A stretch of DNA of 64,000 nt from Bacilli bacterium (GCA_016936415.1 JAFGXW010000122.1:16269-80268), one strand, 5' to 3'. Positions 38,962 through 48,413 are shown, counted from the stretch's first letter. Translations and numbers: made by a program. Notes: generated by a model from the sequence alone, not told the origin.

Positions 38962-40107
38962 CTAAACTACACTTGTTTCATATGCATTAAAATCGCCATC
39001 CTTAAAACGATCTAAATGTAATTCGTTAATATCAATTGTTGTTGGTTCTTCTAAAATAATTTCAGATAACAACAACCCTGTCATTGGTGCAAACATAAAT
39101 CCATGTCCACTAAACCCACATGCCAAATAAAATCCTTCAAGTTCTTTCGTACCACCAATAATTGGTTGACGGTCAGGACTAATATTATAAAGTCCGCCCC
39201 ATTGTCTTACTACCCTTAGTTCACCTAGAGGTGGTAATAATCCAACAGCTGTTTTCGCCATTTCATCTAAAAATTTCCAAGATGATTCAATATTATGAGA
39301 ATGAGGCATAAAAGGATCACTTCTACCCATAATAAAACTACCATGGGGAACTTGTTGACAATATATATTTAATGCAAAAGAGATCACCATTGGTCCTTGA
39401 ATTTTTTCGATTGGTTCTGTTACCAATATTTCATGATTCTCTGAAAATACCGGAACATCCACATTTGCAAGTTTTGCAACTTCTTTGCTATAACCACCAG
39501 CAGCATTCACTACTTTATGTGTTTGTACTTCTCGTTTATTTGTGATGACTTTTTGAATTTTATTATTTTCAACAATAATGTCAGTCACTTTTTCATGAAA
39601 ATAAAATGTTACTCCTAGTCTTTTTGCAGCAAGATAGTATGCCTCTGTCATAGTAAAGGGATTTAAATGTCCATCCGTTTTACAGTATGTAGCACTAACA
39701 ATTTTGTCAATATTTAAATGAGGAACAATTTGTTTCGCTTCAAGTGGAGTCAATTTTTTAACTGGTATACCCAAACTTTGTTGAAGCAAAACATTCTTTG
39801 TAAACTGTTCGTCTTCTAACTCATTCGTCGCAACAATTAAATACCCTTCTTGTTTGAATTCAATGTCTCTTGGATATTGCAATACTTCTTGTGCTTTTTC
39901 AAAGAACTCCACACTTTTTTTTGCCAAAAGGCAGTTCATTTTGGTACCCCATTGTTGTCTAACTCCAGCACCACATCTACCGGTTGAACCACTAGTTAAA
40001 TATTCTGAATCAAATACTACAATATTTTTTACACCTTTATTCGCAAGATTATATGCAATGGATACTCCACTGATTCCTGCGCCAATGATGACTATTTCAG
40101 CGTTCAT
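38962..40107 (-). CDS. DAO-family FAD-dependent oxidoreductase (beta-subunit-like: sarcosine oxidase beta / archaeal proline dehydrogenase / HcnC / OoxB class)
   Basis: N-terminal [14 protein letters not shown] dinucleotide fold, ~380 aa. ATG 40107 has GGAGG 9 nt upstream. Sits 13 nt upstream of rocA. Confidence 0.75.
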   Translation of the reverse strand: MNAEIVIIGAGISGVSIAYNLANKGVKNIVVFDSEYLTSGSTGRCGAGVRQQWGTKMNCLLAKKSVEFFEKAQEVLQYPRDIEFKQEGYLIVATNELEDEQFTKNVLLQQSLGIPVKKLTPLEAKQIVPHLNIDKIVSATYCKTDGHLNPFTMTEAYYLAAKRLGVTFYFHEKVTDIIVENNKIQKVITNKREVQTHKVVNAAGGYSKEVAKLANVDVPVFSENHEILVTEPIEKIQGPMVISFALNIYCQQVPHGSFIMGRSDPFMPHSHNIESSWKFLDEMAKTAVGLLPPLGELRVVRQWGGLYNISPDRQPIIGGTKELEGFYLACGFSGHGFMFAPMTGLLLSEIILEEPTTIDINELHLDRFKDGDFNAYETSVV

Positions 40108-40378
40108 TTTTGGTTGCCTCCACAATAGATTTTAATTTTACTCCTGTGGTAAGAGGTCTTACTTTTTGCGTTTTTACTTGATCCAATGGAACTTCTAAAA
40201 ATTTCGCAATTTCTCTTTGAAGTAATTGACCACACGTGTTTCCTTGACAGGGTCCCATACCAATTCTAAGAATACGTTTCAATTCTTCAAAGCTCGTATA
40301 ACCTTCATTCATCAAACGATAAATATCTTGTAAAGTAACATCTTCACAACGACAGATTATAATATTTTTCTCGTTCAT
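40097..40378 (-). CDS. BFD-like [2Fe-2S]-binding small protein
   Basis: ICRCEDVT ... GPCQGNTCG four-Cys pattern. Start overlaps the upstream stop (ATGA). Confidence 0.75.
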   Translation of the reverse strand: MNEKNIIICRCEDVTLQDIYRLMNEGYTSFEELKRILRIGMGPCQGNTCGQLLQREIAKFLEVPLDQVKTQKVRPLTTGVKLKSIVEATKNER

Positions 40379-40854
40379 ATAGGTCTCCTAATTGTTACAA
40401 ATTCATACAGAAATTCTATTGGGACTAGAACTTGAAGCAATACGGTTCTATCTTGTTTCTCAGTGAGTGTTACTTTTTCAATAACGACCGTTGTGATAAC
40501 ATCACCATTTCTGTTTACACCTTCGTAGACGTCATTTACTTTGGGTAATGGACGAAATTCATAAGGGATTTTAAAACGCGCTTTATCATGTACTATTTGC
40601 ACTGTCATTATCGCTAACCCTGGGCAACTATACACACATATTCCACATCCTGTACATTTTTCAAAATCTACTTGAGGTGGTTTGTTGATATCTTCACCTA
40701 TAGAAATCGCATCAAATGGACAACTTGTACTACATGGATTACAAGGAATTTCTTCATAACACTCAGTAATGGCTTTTGGTTTCACAAGTAATTCTTCTTT
40801 TGGGAAGCGTGATTTAATTAAATCGATTGTAGGAACGCCAGTTTTATTTAACAT
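40375..40854 (-). CDS. Ferredoxin-like protein with two Cys clusters (4Fe-4S type)
   Basis: CNPCSTSCP and CTGCGICVYSCP. Confidence 0.75.
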   Translation of the reverse strand: MLNKTGVPTIDLIKSRFPKEELLVKPKAITECYEEIPCNPCSTSCPFDAISIGEDINKPPQVDFEKCTGCGICVYSCPGLAIMTVQIVHDKARFKIPYEFRPLPKVNDVYEGVNRNGDVITTVVIEKVTLTEKQDRTVLLQVLVPIEFLYEFVTIRRPI

Positions 40855-40858
40855 GATC

Positions 40859-41938
40859 TCACCTCATTATCTCCAATAATCCATTTCTTGTCTTTTCACC
40901 AAAAGGTCCGCTTCTTAAATTATCAAGTTGACTTCTTAAATCTTGAATTAGCACCTCATAGTTGGGATGTTCAAATCCAAGCTTTTGAGCCACGATTAAA
41001 CCAGTTAGATACCCTTCAACGATAGCGCTACTCGCTTCTTCAACCCCGCTGACATCTCCAGCAACAAATACATTTTCCACAGAGGTTTCATGAGAATGAC
41101 TAATCATTGGAACCAATCCACCCAAACTTGATACATACTTCATCTCTACTCCAATCATACTTAGAAGATTTCCCAAAGGACTCAACCCAACACTTACACA
41201 GAGTGCATCAAGTTCAATGGTTTCTTCAGTACCTGGAATAAAATTCCATTTCTCATCTAATTTACTAGTAATGATTTTTTGAAGACATTCTCCACCAACT
41301 GCTTTTATTACACTCGTTGAAGTTTTAATGTCCACACCCAACCTTTTTAACTTTGATGCATGCACTTTATATCCACCAATTGTACCAGCAGCTTCCAAAA
41401 CACATTTTACGTTCACACCAGCTTGAAGCAATTGATAACTGACGATCAAACCAATATTCCCACTTCCCACCATGACAACATCCTGTCCTGGCAAGACACC
41501 ATATACATTCATTAATGTTTGCACTGCCCCAGCACCATATATTCCTGGCATATCATTATTCTCAAATGCTAACACTTTTTCACTAGCTCCTGTAGCAATA
41601 ATAATTGCACGTGCTTTAATCTTACTATATTTCTCTTCATGTAATATCGTAATTACTTTATCATTATATAATCCTACCACAGCCGTATTGGTCATAATTT
41701 CTATTAAATTAGGATATGAAAGAACATCATCAATTAATATTTTAGCAATATCAATCCCTCTTGTTTTCGCATATTGCTTTTCAGAACCAAAAAACATATG
41801 GGTTTGCTTAACAAGTTGTCCACCCAGTTTATAGTCTCGTTCAATAATCAATGATGATAATCCAGATTCAGCAGCGGTTTTTGCAGCACTCAGTCCTGAA
41901 GGTCCTCCTCCAATGATAACCAAATCTTTTTCAATCAT
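40859..41938 (-). CDS. NAD(P)/FAD-dependent pyridine-nucleotide oxidoreductase (alpha-subunit-like: HcnB / OoxA / PDH alpha class)
   Basis: Two Rossmann motifs, VIIGGGPSGLSAAK and VMVGSGNIGL. ATG 41938 overlaps the upstream stop. Confidence 0.75.
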   Translation of the reverse strand: MIEKDLVIIGGGPSGLSAAKTAAESGLSSLIIERDYKLGGQLVKQTHMFFGSEKQYAKTRGIDIAKILIDDVLSYPNLIEIMTNTAVVGLYNDKVITILHEEKYSKIKARAIIIATGASEKVLAFENNDMPGIYGAGAVQTLMNVYGVLPGQDVVMVGSGNIGLIVSYQLLQAGVNVKCVLEAAGTIGGYKVHASKLKRLGVDIKTSTSVIKAVGGECLQKIITSKLDEKWNFIPGTEETIELDALCVSVGLSPLGNLLSMIGVEMKYVSSLGGLVPMISHSHETSVENVFVAGDVSGVEEASSAIVEGYLTGLIVAQKLGFEHPNYEVLIQDLRSQLDNLRSGPFGEKTRNGLLEIMR

Positions 41939-42239
41939 GAATTTCACCTTTGTTTTCCTGCGTTTTAACAACCATACCCTCACGCAATAAAGTTACACAT
42001 GTCCTTACATTTGGGACACCATCGACTATCATATTACAAGAAGCGCAATTCCCGATTGCACAATAAAATCCACGAGGTCTCTTCAAGTGGATACTGTGGC
42101 TTAATTTTCTAATTCCCATTGCATGCAATGCCGCAGCAATGGTGTCTCCTTCATAACCATATCCTTCTTTTCCATCTATTACAAAGGCAATTTGTTTCTT
42201 TTCAGGAAAAGATAAAATAGGATGTTCCGTAATGCGCAT
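41931..42239 (-). CDS. [2Fe-2S]-binding small subunit (HcnA / sarcosine-oxidase-alpha N-terminal-like)
   Basis: FYCAIGNCASCNMIVDGVPNVRTC Cys pattern. GAGGTG lies 5 nt upstream. Confidence 0.7.
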   Translation of the reverse strand: MRITEHPILSFPEKKQIAFVIDGKEGYGYEGDTIAAALHAMGIRKLSHSIHLKRPRGFYCAIGNCASCNMIVDGVPNVRTCVTLLREGMVVKTQENKGEIHD

Positions 42240-42265
42240 ATCATCACCTCATTTATTCTATCATT

Positions 42266-42287
42266 ATTATAACATAAAGCGCTTTCA
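42266..42287 (-). promoter_or_regulatory. Putative promoter of the dehydrogenase operon (extended -10 TGtTATAAT) with a cre-like box in the spacer
   Basis: -10 at 42266-42271. The box TGAAAGCGCTTTAT (minus strand, 42274-42287) has 12/14 matches to cre, with a perfect left half. Confidence 0.4.
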
Positions 42288-42355
42288 TTGAAAGTTTTTT
42301 CCAAAAAAGTTTTTTATTATTTAAAAAATGGGAGATTTGGTTTATGAAATCAAAT

Positions 42356-42391
42356 ATGAAAAAATGCTTGAGTGATTCATTCAAGCATTTT
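42356..42391 (-). terminator. Terminator after the amidohydrolase gene
   Basis: 11-bp stem aaaatgcttga/tcaagcatttt with an A-run to its left. Confidence 0.8.
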
Positions 42392-42402
42392 ATAAACTTC
42401 TA

Positions 42403-43569
42403 TCATTTTTGATAAACAATATTTCCATTAATAATAACACACTCTGGACTTGTCATGATATCAAAAATTGGGCCACCCCAAATGACTACGTCCGCATCTT
42501 TTCCTACTTCTAATGAACCAACTCTATCTTGAATTCCATTCAATTTTGCTGGCACAATTGTCAATGCTTCAAGCGCTCTTTTTTCGCTCAGACCTTCTTT
42601 AATGAATAAAGCTGCTTGTACCAATGTTGTATCTAAAGTAATAACAGGATGATCTGTCATAATTGCAAATTCAATGTTTGCATCTTCTAATACCTTTGCT
42701 GATTTAAACGATTTATTAACCAACTCATATTTTGAAGCTGACCCAAGTGTTGGACCAATAATAAGAGCTACTCCCTCATTTTTGATTTGTTCAGGAATCA
42801 AATATGCTTCTGTCGCATGATCGATTGTAGCGTTGAGATTAAATTCTTTTGCAATACGAATAGCCGTCATAATATCATCACGACGATGTGCATGTATTTT
42901 CACAATCATTCCATCAAATACACGCATCAATGAATGTAGTTTCATATCAAACGGAGGTTTTACAGCATCTTCTTCTTTGTTTAAAAAAGCTTGTGTTTTT
43001 GTATAGTAATCTTGTGCTTTGAACAACCATTCACGCATTAATGCTGCGCTAGCCATTCTTGTGCCAGGGTTTTTATTTGTCGAACCATAAACTCTTTTTG
43101 GATTTTCACCCAGCGCCATTTTCATACAAGTTTCTTCTTTAATAACCATTTCTTCAAGTGTTTCACCAAATGTTTTTATGGCACAGAACGTACCCCCGAT
43201 AACATTCGCACTTCCAGGTCCGGTATTCACAGTAGTAATACCCGATTTATATGTATATTCAAATGCCATATCTTTTGAAAAGACACTATCAATTCCTCTT
43301 AATTCAGGATAAATAGGTCCACTCATTTCATTGGTATCATTTCCTTCGAAACGAATTCCTTCTTCCATAACTCCGATATGGCAGTGTGGATCAACAAGCC
43401 CTGGGGTTACTGTTTTACCCATCGCATCAACTATATCAGCTTTCGGAAACTTACTTTCATCAAATTTACTTCCAATTTCAATAATTTTTGTACCATCTAA
43501 AACGATATAACCATTCTTAAAATCTTCTTTTCCCATTGTAATCAAGTTTGCATTTTTAATAATTAACAT
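42403..43569 (-). CDS. Metal-dependent amidohydrolase (COG1228-like; substrate unknown)
   Basis: GLVDPHCHIG metal-binding HxH motif, ~390 aa. ATG 43569 has GGAG 7 nt upstream. Confidence 0.75.
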   Translation of the reverse strand: MLIIKNANLITMGKEDFKNGYIVLDGTKIIEIGSKFDESKFPKADIVDAMGKTVTPGLVDPHCHIGVMEEGIRFEGNDTNEMSGPIYPELRGIDSVFSKDMAFEYTYKSGITTVNTGPGSANVIGGTFCAIKTFGETLEEMVIKEETCMKMALGENPKRVYGSTNKNPGTRMASAALMREWLFKAQDYYTKTQAFLNKEEDAVKPPFDMKLHSLMRVFDGMIVKIHAHRRDDIMTAIRIAKEFNLNATIDHATEAYLIPEQIKNEGVALIIGPTLGSASKYELVNKSFKSAKVLEDANIEFAIMTDHPVITLDTTLVQAALFIKEGLSEKRALEALTIVPAKLNGIQDRVGSLEVGKDADVVIWGGPIFDIMTSPECVIINGNIVYQK

Positions 43570-43650
43570 CAAATCACTCCTTAATTTTCTATCAATATTA
43601 TACCGTGTTTGGTTAAAACTGAAAATAGACAGTATTTTTTAGATTGTCAT

Positions 43651-44511
43651 TTAAATATAGATTATATTAAAAATTTCTTCACTTAATGCAATATGATTCA
43701 TTATTTGATTTCGAATCAACATTAAATCTTTTTCACTCAAACTAGAATATTTTGCTCGCTTTTCACCTAGCCAAACGGCAACATGAATCTCTTTTTCAAT
43801 TCCTGCGATATAAATTTTTTGTGTTGGATATTTCTCCTTTAAGTAATCAACCAGTTTATAAAAACGCGATTGAATGATTTGACTATCTTCTTCTTGAACA
43901 TATTCTTTTATATCATCTCTTGTATTAATTCTATTAAATTTAGTTTTTGATAATTTTGGTGATGAATTTGATCGTAACTGAAATAAATTTCGATTATCTA
44001 ATTTAAAAACAAAGTATGTCCCATCGAAATGAATTGTAGTTGATTTATCGCTTCTTGTAATAATCGTGGTATCAGAAATATTCACCTGAAAACCTTCTTT
44101 ATTTAAAAACTCTAATTGGATTTTATTATCCACAGCAGCATATCTTGTGAAAAGTCCACCTTTCATAATATAATCCTTATCTTTTTTAAAAATTTCACAT
44201 TCAAGGCTAATATCTTCATTATAATTTATGTCCTTTATCACTTCAGGATAAATCGTGTTATACAACAACTTTTGATTCGTGAAGGGAATATACTTCACAA
44301 GCACACAAATCAAAATAACAAATATAGATAAGATAAGAAAAATAAAGAACAGGACATCAAAAATGTCTCCATTATTTGATAGAAACAAGAAAGCCAGAGT
44401 AAGCAGAACAAAAGCCACAGTACAAATCAACAAATTTCTTAGAACTTTTTTGTGTAATGTTTGAATTGCTTTATTATAATCTTCGATAATTCTTTTTGCG
44501 TTATTCATCAT
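43651..44511 (-). CDS. Hypothetical membrane protein (two N-terminal TM helices plus a cytoplasmic domain)
   Basis: GGAG upstream. TM pair LLICTVAFVLLTLAFLFL / VLFFIFLILSIFVILICVLV. No motif recognised. Confidence 0.55.
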   Translation of the reverse strand: MMNNAKRIIEDYNKAIQTLHKKVLRNLLICTVAFVLLTLAFLFLSNNGDIFDVLFFIFLILSIFVILICVLVKYIPFTNQKLLYNTIYPEVIKDINYNEDISLECEIFKKDKDYIMKGGLFTRYAAVDNKIQLEFLNKEGFQVNISDTTIITRSDKSTTIHFDGTYFVFKLDNRNLFQLRSNSSPKLSKTKFNRINTRDDIKEYVQEEDSQIIQSRFYKLVDYLKEKYPTQKIYIAGIEKEIHVAVWLGEKRAKYSSLSEKDLMLIRNQIMNHIALSEEIFNIIYI

Positions 44512-44571
44512 TATCCCACTCCTTTATTTAATACTCGTTCTTATTATAACAAATTACACTCGTAGATAGTA

Positions 44572-44604
44572 GAAAAAAATGATGGTGATTGCCTCACCAT
44601 CATT
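44572..44604 (-). terminator. Terminator after the 44618-45136 gene
   Basis: 11-bp stem aatgatggtga/tcaccatcatt with loop ttgcc and an A-run to its left. Confidence 0.8.
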
Positions 44605-44617
44605 CTTTATTGATTTT

Positions 44618-45136
44618 TTAAACCAAATCGTTCGCTTCTGGTACTACTTCATCGTCTAAACATGTTCCATCTTGTAATCCATCCCCGTTTGGCACAAAGT
44701 TTTCATCTCTACCTTTTCCTTGGAATCCACCTTTGCCTTTTTCTCCATCACGTCCGACTCTTGCTTGAACTTGTGTTGCTGGACCATCAATTCCTAAATC
44801 TGCGTATAATGCTTGTAATGAAGCACGCGCTTCTGCGATAGCTACAGTGATTTCCTCATCTGTCATTGATGACCAATCGTTTGTTGCGTTGATGACATCA
44901 ATTGCTGATGTAATTGCAAATGCTTGTTCTTCAGTTAATGTCGCTAAATATTCATCACTTGGATAACTAAATCCATTTTCTTTTATATTCTCGACATTGC
45001 TTCCTTTAAACATGTTTTGTACGCGATATGTGATTTGATTTGCTACTCCTTCAACTGCTCCTGCTACTTCTTCGTTTTGAAGTGCTGCTGCACTTCCACC
45101 ACCCATAATCATTGATGCAATTAATAATGCTTTCAT
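44618..45136 (-). CDS. Secreted hypothetical protein (Gly/Asp-rich C-terminus)
   Basis: ATG 45136 (MKALLIASMIMGGGSAAAL signal peptide) has GGAGGA upstream. Confidence 0.55.
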   Translation of the reverse strand: MKALLIASMIMGGGSAAALQNEEVAGAVEGVANQITYRVQNMFKGSNVENIKENGFSYPSDEYLATLTEEQAFAITSAIDVINATNDWSSMTDEEITVAIAEARASLQALYADLGIDGPATQVQARVGRDGEKGKGGFQGKGRDENFVPNGDGLQDGTCLDDEVVPEANDLV

Positions 45137-45229
45137 TTTTATTCCTCCTTGATTTTTATTTATGAACACATTCTACACACAAATTGTGTGCTATATAAGG
45201 AGATTTTGTGTGAAACTTGTGAAAGTTAA

Positions 45230-45264
45230 TAAAAGAAAAAAGAAACTCAAATTGATGAGTTTCT
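45230..45264 (-). terminator. Terminator after nox
   Basis: Stem agaaactca/tgagtttct overlapping the stop codon, with an A-run to its left. Confidence 0.7.
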
Positions 45265-46603
45265 ATTTAATATCTAATGCACTTAACCCTGCTAGATTTA
45301 ACAAGTTCCATGGCTTATTGAAATTTGGTTGGAAAAAGAAATCCACGAAAGTCAATTCTTCTACTGTCATTTCTTTTTGGATACAAACACTTAATGTATT
45401 CATGGTTTGTGTTAGATCCATATGAGATAGAATTTGTCCTCCTAAGATAGCTCTTGTATCTTTATCAAAGACAATCTTCAACATTGCTTCGTCATAAGTT
45501 GGCATAAATTCAGGACGATTGTTGTCACGCACTGTCACAGTACCATAATTGATGTTCTTTTCAATTGCAACCATTTCGGTAACACCTGTTGAAGAAATAC
45601 TCCACTCATATATTTTTATCCCCGATGTCCCTTGTGTACCTATGTGCTTCAAAGTTGGTTCCACTATATTTCTCGCAACAAGTGTTCCCATTCTAACTGC
45701 GTTAGTAGCGAGTGGTATATAACGTGTTTCTTTTGTAGGATTATAAAATATTGTTGCACAATCTCCACAAGCAAACACATCTTTCCTTGAAGTTTGCATG
45801 TATTCATCAACGATAATTGCCCCAAACTTATTGGTTTCTACTCCATGTGCAACAAGTCCAGTATTTGGTTTAAATCCAATACACATAATGACTAGTTCAG
45901 TTTCATATTCACCTTTATTTGTTTTTACTTTTGTGACTTTTCCTAATTCATTTCTTTCAAAAGCTTGTACTTTTTCACCAATTGCAAGTTTAACACCATG
46001 ATCAGAAAATGCTTTCTCTGCAATATCTGTATATTCCTTATCTAAGTATTTATACATAATTCTTGGTTCAGCATCAATTAACGTAACTTCTTTTCCTTGT
46101 ATTTCAAAAGCTTCAGCAAGCTCTACTCCAATATATCCTGCACCTACGACGGTGATCTTTTTAACATCTTTTGCCATAGCGATGATTTGATTTGAATGTG
46201 TAAAGTTTTTTGATAACAATACATTATCAGAATAAATTCCTTCTATTGGTGGAATCATTGGCCATGAGCCAGTCGCGATTACTAACTTGTCATAACCATC
46301 TGTGATTGTTTCATTTGTCTCTAGATTTGTAACATGTACCTGTTTCTGATCAAAATCAATTTTATTTACCTCATGAAGCATTTGCGTTTTAACACCTAAC
46401 TCCATTAACTCATTTGGCGAGCAATAGAACAATCCATTTTGATCTTTCACAACACCACAAACATATAATGCAATACCACACGATAAGAACGAGATATTGT
46501 TGTTTTTTTCATATACTGTAACTTCAGCATTTGGATGAAGTTTCTTAATATTTAATACAGCTGCAGTACCAGCATGGGTACAACCAATAACAATAATTTT
46601 CAT
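45263..46603 (-). CDS. nox: NADH oxidase (CoA-disulfide reductase / Nox family flavoprotein)
   Basis: MKIIVIGCTHAG, redox-active Cys in SFLSCGIAL, and a second Rossmann VVGAGYIGVE. Confidence 0.85.
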   Translation of the reverse strand: MKIIVIGCTHAGTAAVLNIKKLHPNAEVTVYEKNNNISFLSCGIALYVCGVVKDQNGLFYCSPNELMELGVKTQMLHEVNKIDFDQKQVHVTNLETNETITDGYDKLVIATGSWPMIPPIEGIYSDNVLLSKNFTHSNQIIAMAKDVKKITVVGAGYIGVELAEAFEIQGKEVTLIDAEPRIMYKYLDKEYTDIAEKAFSDHGVKLAIGEKVQAFERNELGKVTKVKTNKGEYETELVIMCIGFKPNTGLVAHGVETNKFGAIIVDEYMQTSRKDVFACGDCATIFYNPTKETRYIPLATNAVRMGTLVARNIVEPTLKHIGTQGTSGIKIYEWSISSTGVTEMVAIEKNINYGTVTVRDNNRPEFMPTYDEAMLKIVFDKDTRAILGGQILSHMDLTQTMNTLSVCIQKEMTVEELTFVDFFFQPNFNKPWNLLNLAGLSALDIK

Positions 46604-46702
46604 TGTATATCCTCCTTTGATTACATCTTAATTATAATACTACTAAAAAAGGATTTGTTGTAATACGATAATAATTATTCATTAAATCGTTATCATTATT
46701 GT

Positions 46703-46729
46703 AAAAAAAAGATTGAATCATCAATCTTT
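46703..46729 (-). terminator. Terminator after the DEAD-box helicase gene
   Basis: Stem aaagattga/tcaatcttt with loop atca and an 8-nt A-run to its left. Confidence 0.75.
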
Positions 46730-48413
46730 AGTTTCGTTTATCATTCGCAATTTGAACAGATGCTTTCTTATCGCTGAATTTAACACTTTTCAATTTTTTC
46801 ATCACTGTAGCCTCATGTATCGGTTCGGTTGAGAAAAATGAAAAATTATCTCTAATTGTTACATCTTTAATTTGAGAGTTACGTAGATTCGTATTTTGAG
46901 AAATAAAATTCGCAAACTTACTTGGTGTTAGACCATCACTTGCTCCTAAGTTAATATGAAATCTAATGTCAGATTGATTGGTCTTCCCGCCGCGGCTTCC
47001 ACCACTACGAGATTTACCTTCATAACCACCTTGTTCTTTTTTTCTTCCACGTTCTCTTGCACCACTTTCGCGGCGATTCGAGGTTCTACTGCCCCTACTA
47101 CTTTTTGAAACATCCTCATTGATATCTTCATCAATCTTCGATGAAACATCATTTTTTGCAAGTTTACTTAATAATGCAGAAACAACGGATACTGCTTCAT
47201 TTTCTTCAAGTAATTTTGTTGCAATATCATCATAAACTGAAAGGTTTGTTTCTAAAATAATATTTGTAATATCTTCTACTTCTTTTTCTTGTCTTACTGC
47301 TTCAACTCTTTCAGTTGTTGGAACATTTCTTTTCTTAATTGGTGAGTGAGAAAATCTCATGACAGCGTCTAATCTGCTCATTTCTTTCTTCGTTACCAAT
47401 GTTAATGACATTCCTTTGTTCCCAATACGTCCTGTACGTCCAATTCTATGAACATAATATTCTGCTTTTTCTGGAACATCAAAATTAATTACAACCTCAA
47501 CATTTTTAATATCTAGTCCTCTAGCTGCAACATCTGTTGCTACTAATATATCCAAAATTCCAGAATGGAATTTGTTCAGTACTTGAAGTCTAGTTGTTTG
47601 TTGTAAATCACCATGGATTTTATCAACATTGTATCCCTTTTCGATTAATTGGTTGGTAATGTCATCCACTTTTCTTTTCGTATTACAAAAGACTAAAGTA
47701 AGTTTTGAGTTGTAAATGCTAAGCAATCTTGCGACAGCTTCTACTTTATTCTTTTCATTCACGTTGTAATAATACTGTGTGATGTCTTTATTTGTTTCTT
47801 CATCTTCAATCACTGAGATATGTTGTGCATTTTTCATATATCTCTTGGTAATATCTAGTATTGCTCGTGGCATTGTTGCCGAGAACATTACTGTTTGTCT
47901 ATCTTTGTTCGCATTTTCTAAAATTGTTTCAATATCTTCTTTGAATCCCATTTTAAGCATTTCATCTGCTTCATCAAGAACTAAGAATTTAATGTCTTGC
48001 AATTTTATTAATTTACGATTAATATGATCAATTGTTCTACCTGGAGTACCTACAATAATTTGTGGTTTTTTCTTCAAACTTAATATTTGTCTAGAGATTG
48101 GTTCTCCTCCATATACAGATACTGTTTTTAACCTAGGTACATACTTACCAATTTTGTCAATTTCGCCTTTGACTTGAACTACAAGTTCCCTTGTAGGGCA
48201 TAAGATAATTGCCTGAATTTTTGGATCATCGTAATCGATCATTTCAAGGATTGGAAGTGTGTACGCCGCGGTTTTACCTGTACCAGTTTGGGAATGCCCA
48301 ATAACATCTTTTCCTTCAATTATGAGTGGGATTGTTTGAGCTTGTATGTCTGTAAACTCTTCGAAACCCATCTCCGTTAGTGCTTTTTCAATATTTTTAT
48401 TTTCGTATATCAT
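46728..48413 (-). CDS. DEAD-box ATP-dependent RNA helicase with a Gly/Arg/Ser-rich linker and a DbpA-type C-terminal RNA-binding domain
   Basis: Q-motif, GTGKTAA, DEAD (VLDEADEM), SAT and HRIGRTGR. The C-terminal IRFHINLGASDGLTP is DbpA-RBD-like. Confidence 0.9.
   Translation of the reverse strand: MIYENKNIEKALTEMGFEEFTDIQAQTIPLIIEGKDVIGHSQTGTGKTAAYTLPILEMIDYDDPKIQAIILCPTRELVVQVKGEIDKIGKYVPRLKTVSVYGGEPISRQILSLKKKPQIIVGTPGRTIDHINRKLIKLQDIKFLVLDEADEMLKMGFKEDIETILENANKDRQTVMFSATMPRAILDITKRYMKNAQHISVIEDEETNKDITQYYYNVNEKNKVEAVARLLSIYNSKLTLVFCNTKRKVDDITNQLIEKGYNVDKIHGDLQQTTRLQVLNKFHSGILDILVATDVAARGLDIKNVEVVINFDVPEKAEYYVHRIGRTGRIGNKGMSLTLVTKKEMSRLDAVMRFSHSPIKKRNVPTTERVEAVRQEKEVEDITNIILETNLSVYDDIATKLLEENEAVSVVSALLSKLAKNDVSSKIDEDINEDVSKSSRGSRTSNRRESGARERGRKKEQGGYEGKSRSGGSRGGKTNQSDIRFHINLGASDGLTPSKFANFISQNTNLRNSQIKDVTIRDNFSFFSTEPIHEATVMKKLKSVKFSDKKASVQIANDKRN

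Noticed and set aside
45170-45225. A Rex-type operator near nox. The candidates were the 15-nt palindrome CACACAA-A-TTGTGTG (45176-45190) and tandem TGTGAAA repeats.
   Set aside because: It lies downstream of nox, upstream of the secreted-protein gene. It does not match TTGTGAA-N4-TTCACAA, and the TGTGAAA copies are direct rather than inverted. It may be a local operator, but nothing supports that.
45162-45425. 87-aa plus-strand ORF spanning the nox 3' end and its terminator.
   Set aside because: It overlaps the nox coding region and the terminator hairpin, has no SD, and has junk-like composition.
46946-47161. 71-aa ORF in an alternative frame of the helicase Gly/Arg/Ser-rich linker.
   Set aside because: It is an artefact of the repetitive GC-richer linker coding sequence. 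The helicase frame continues into a recognisable DbpA-type RNA-binding domain.
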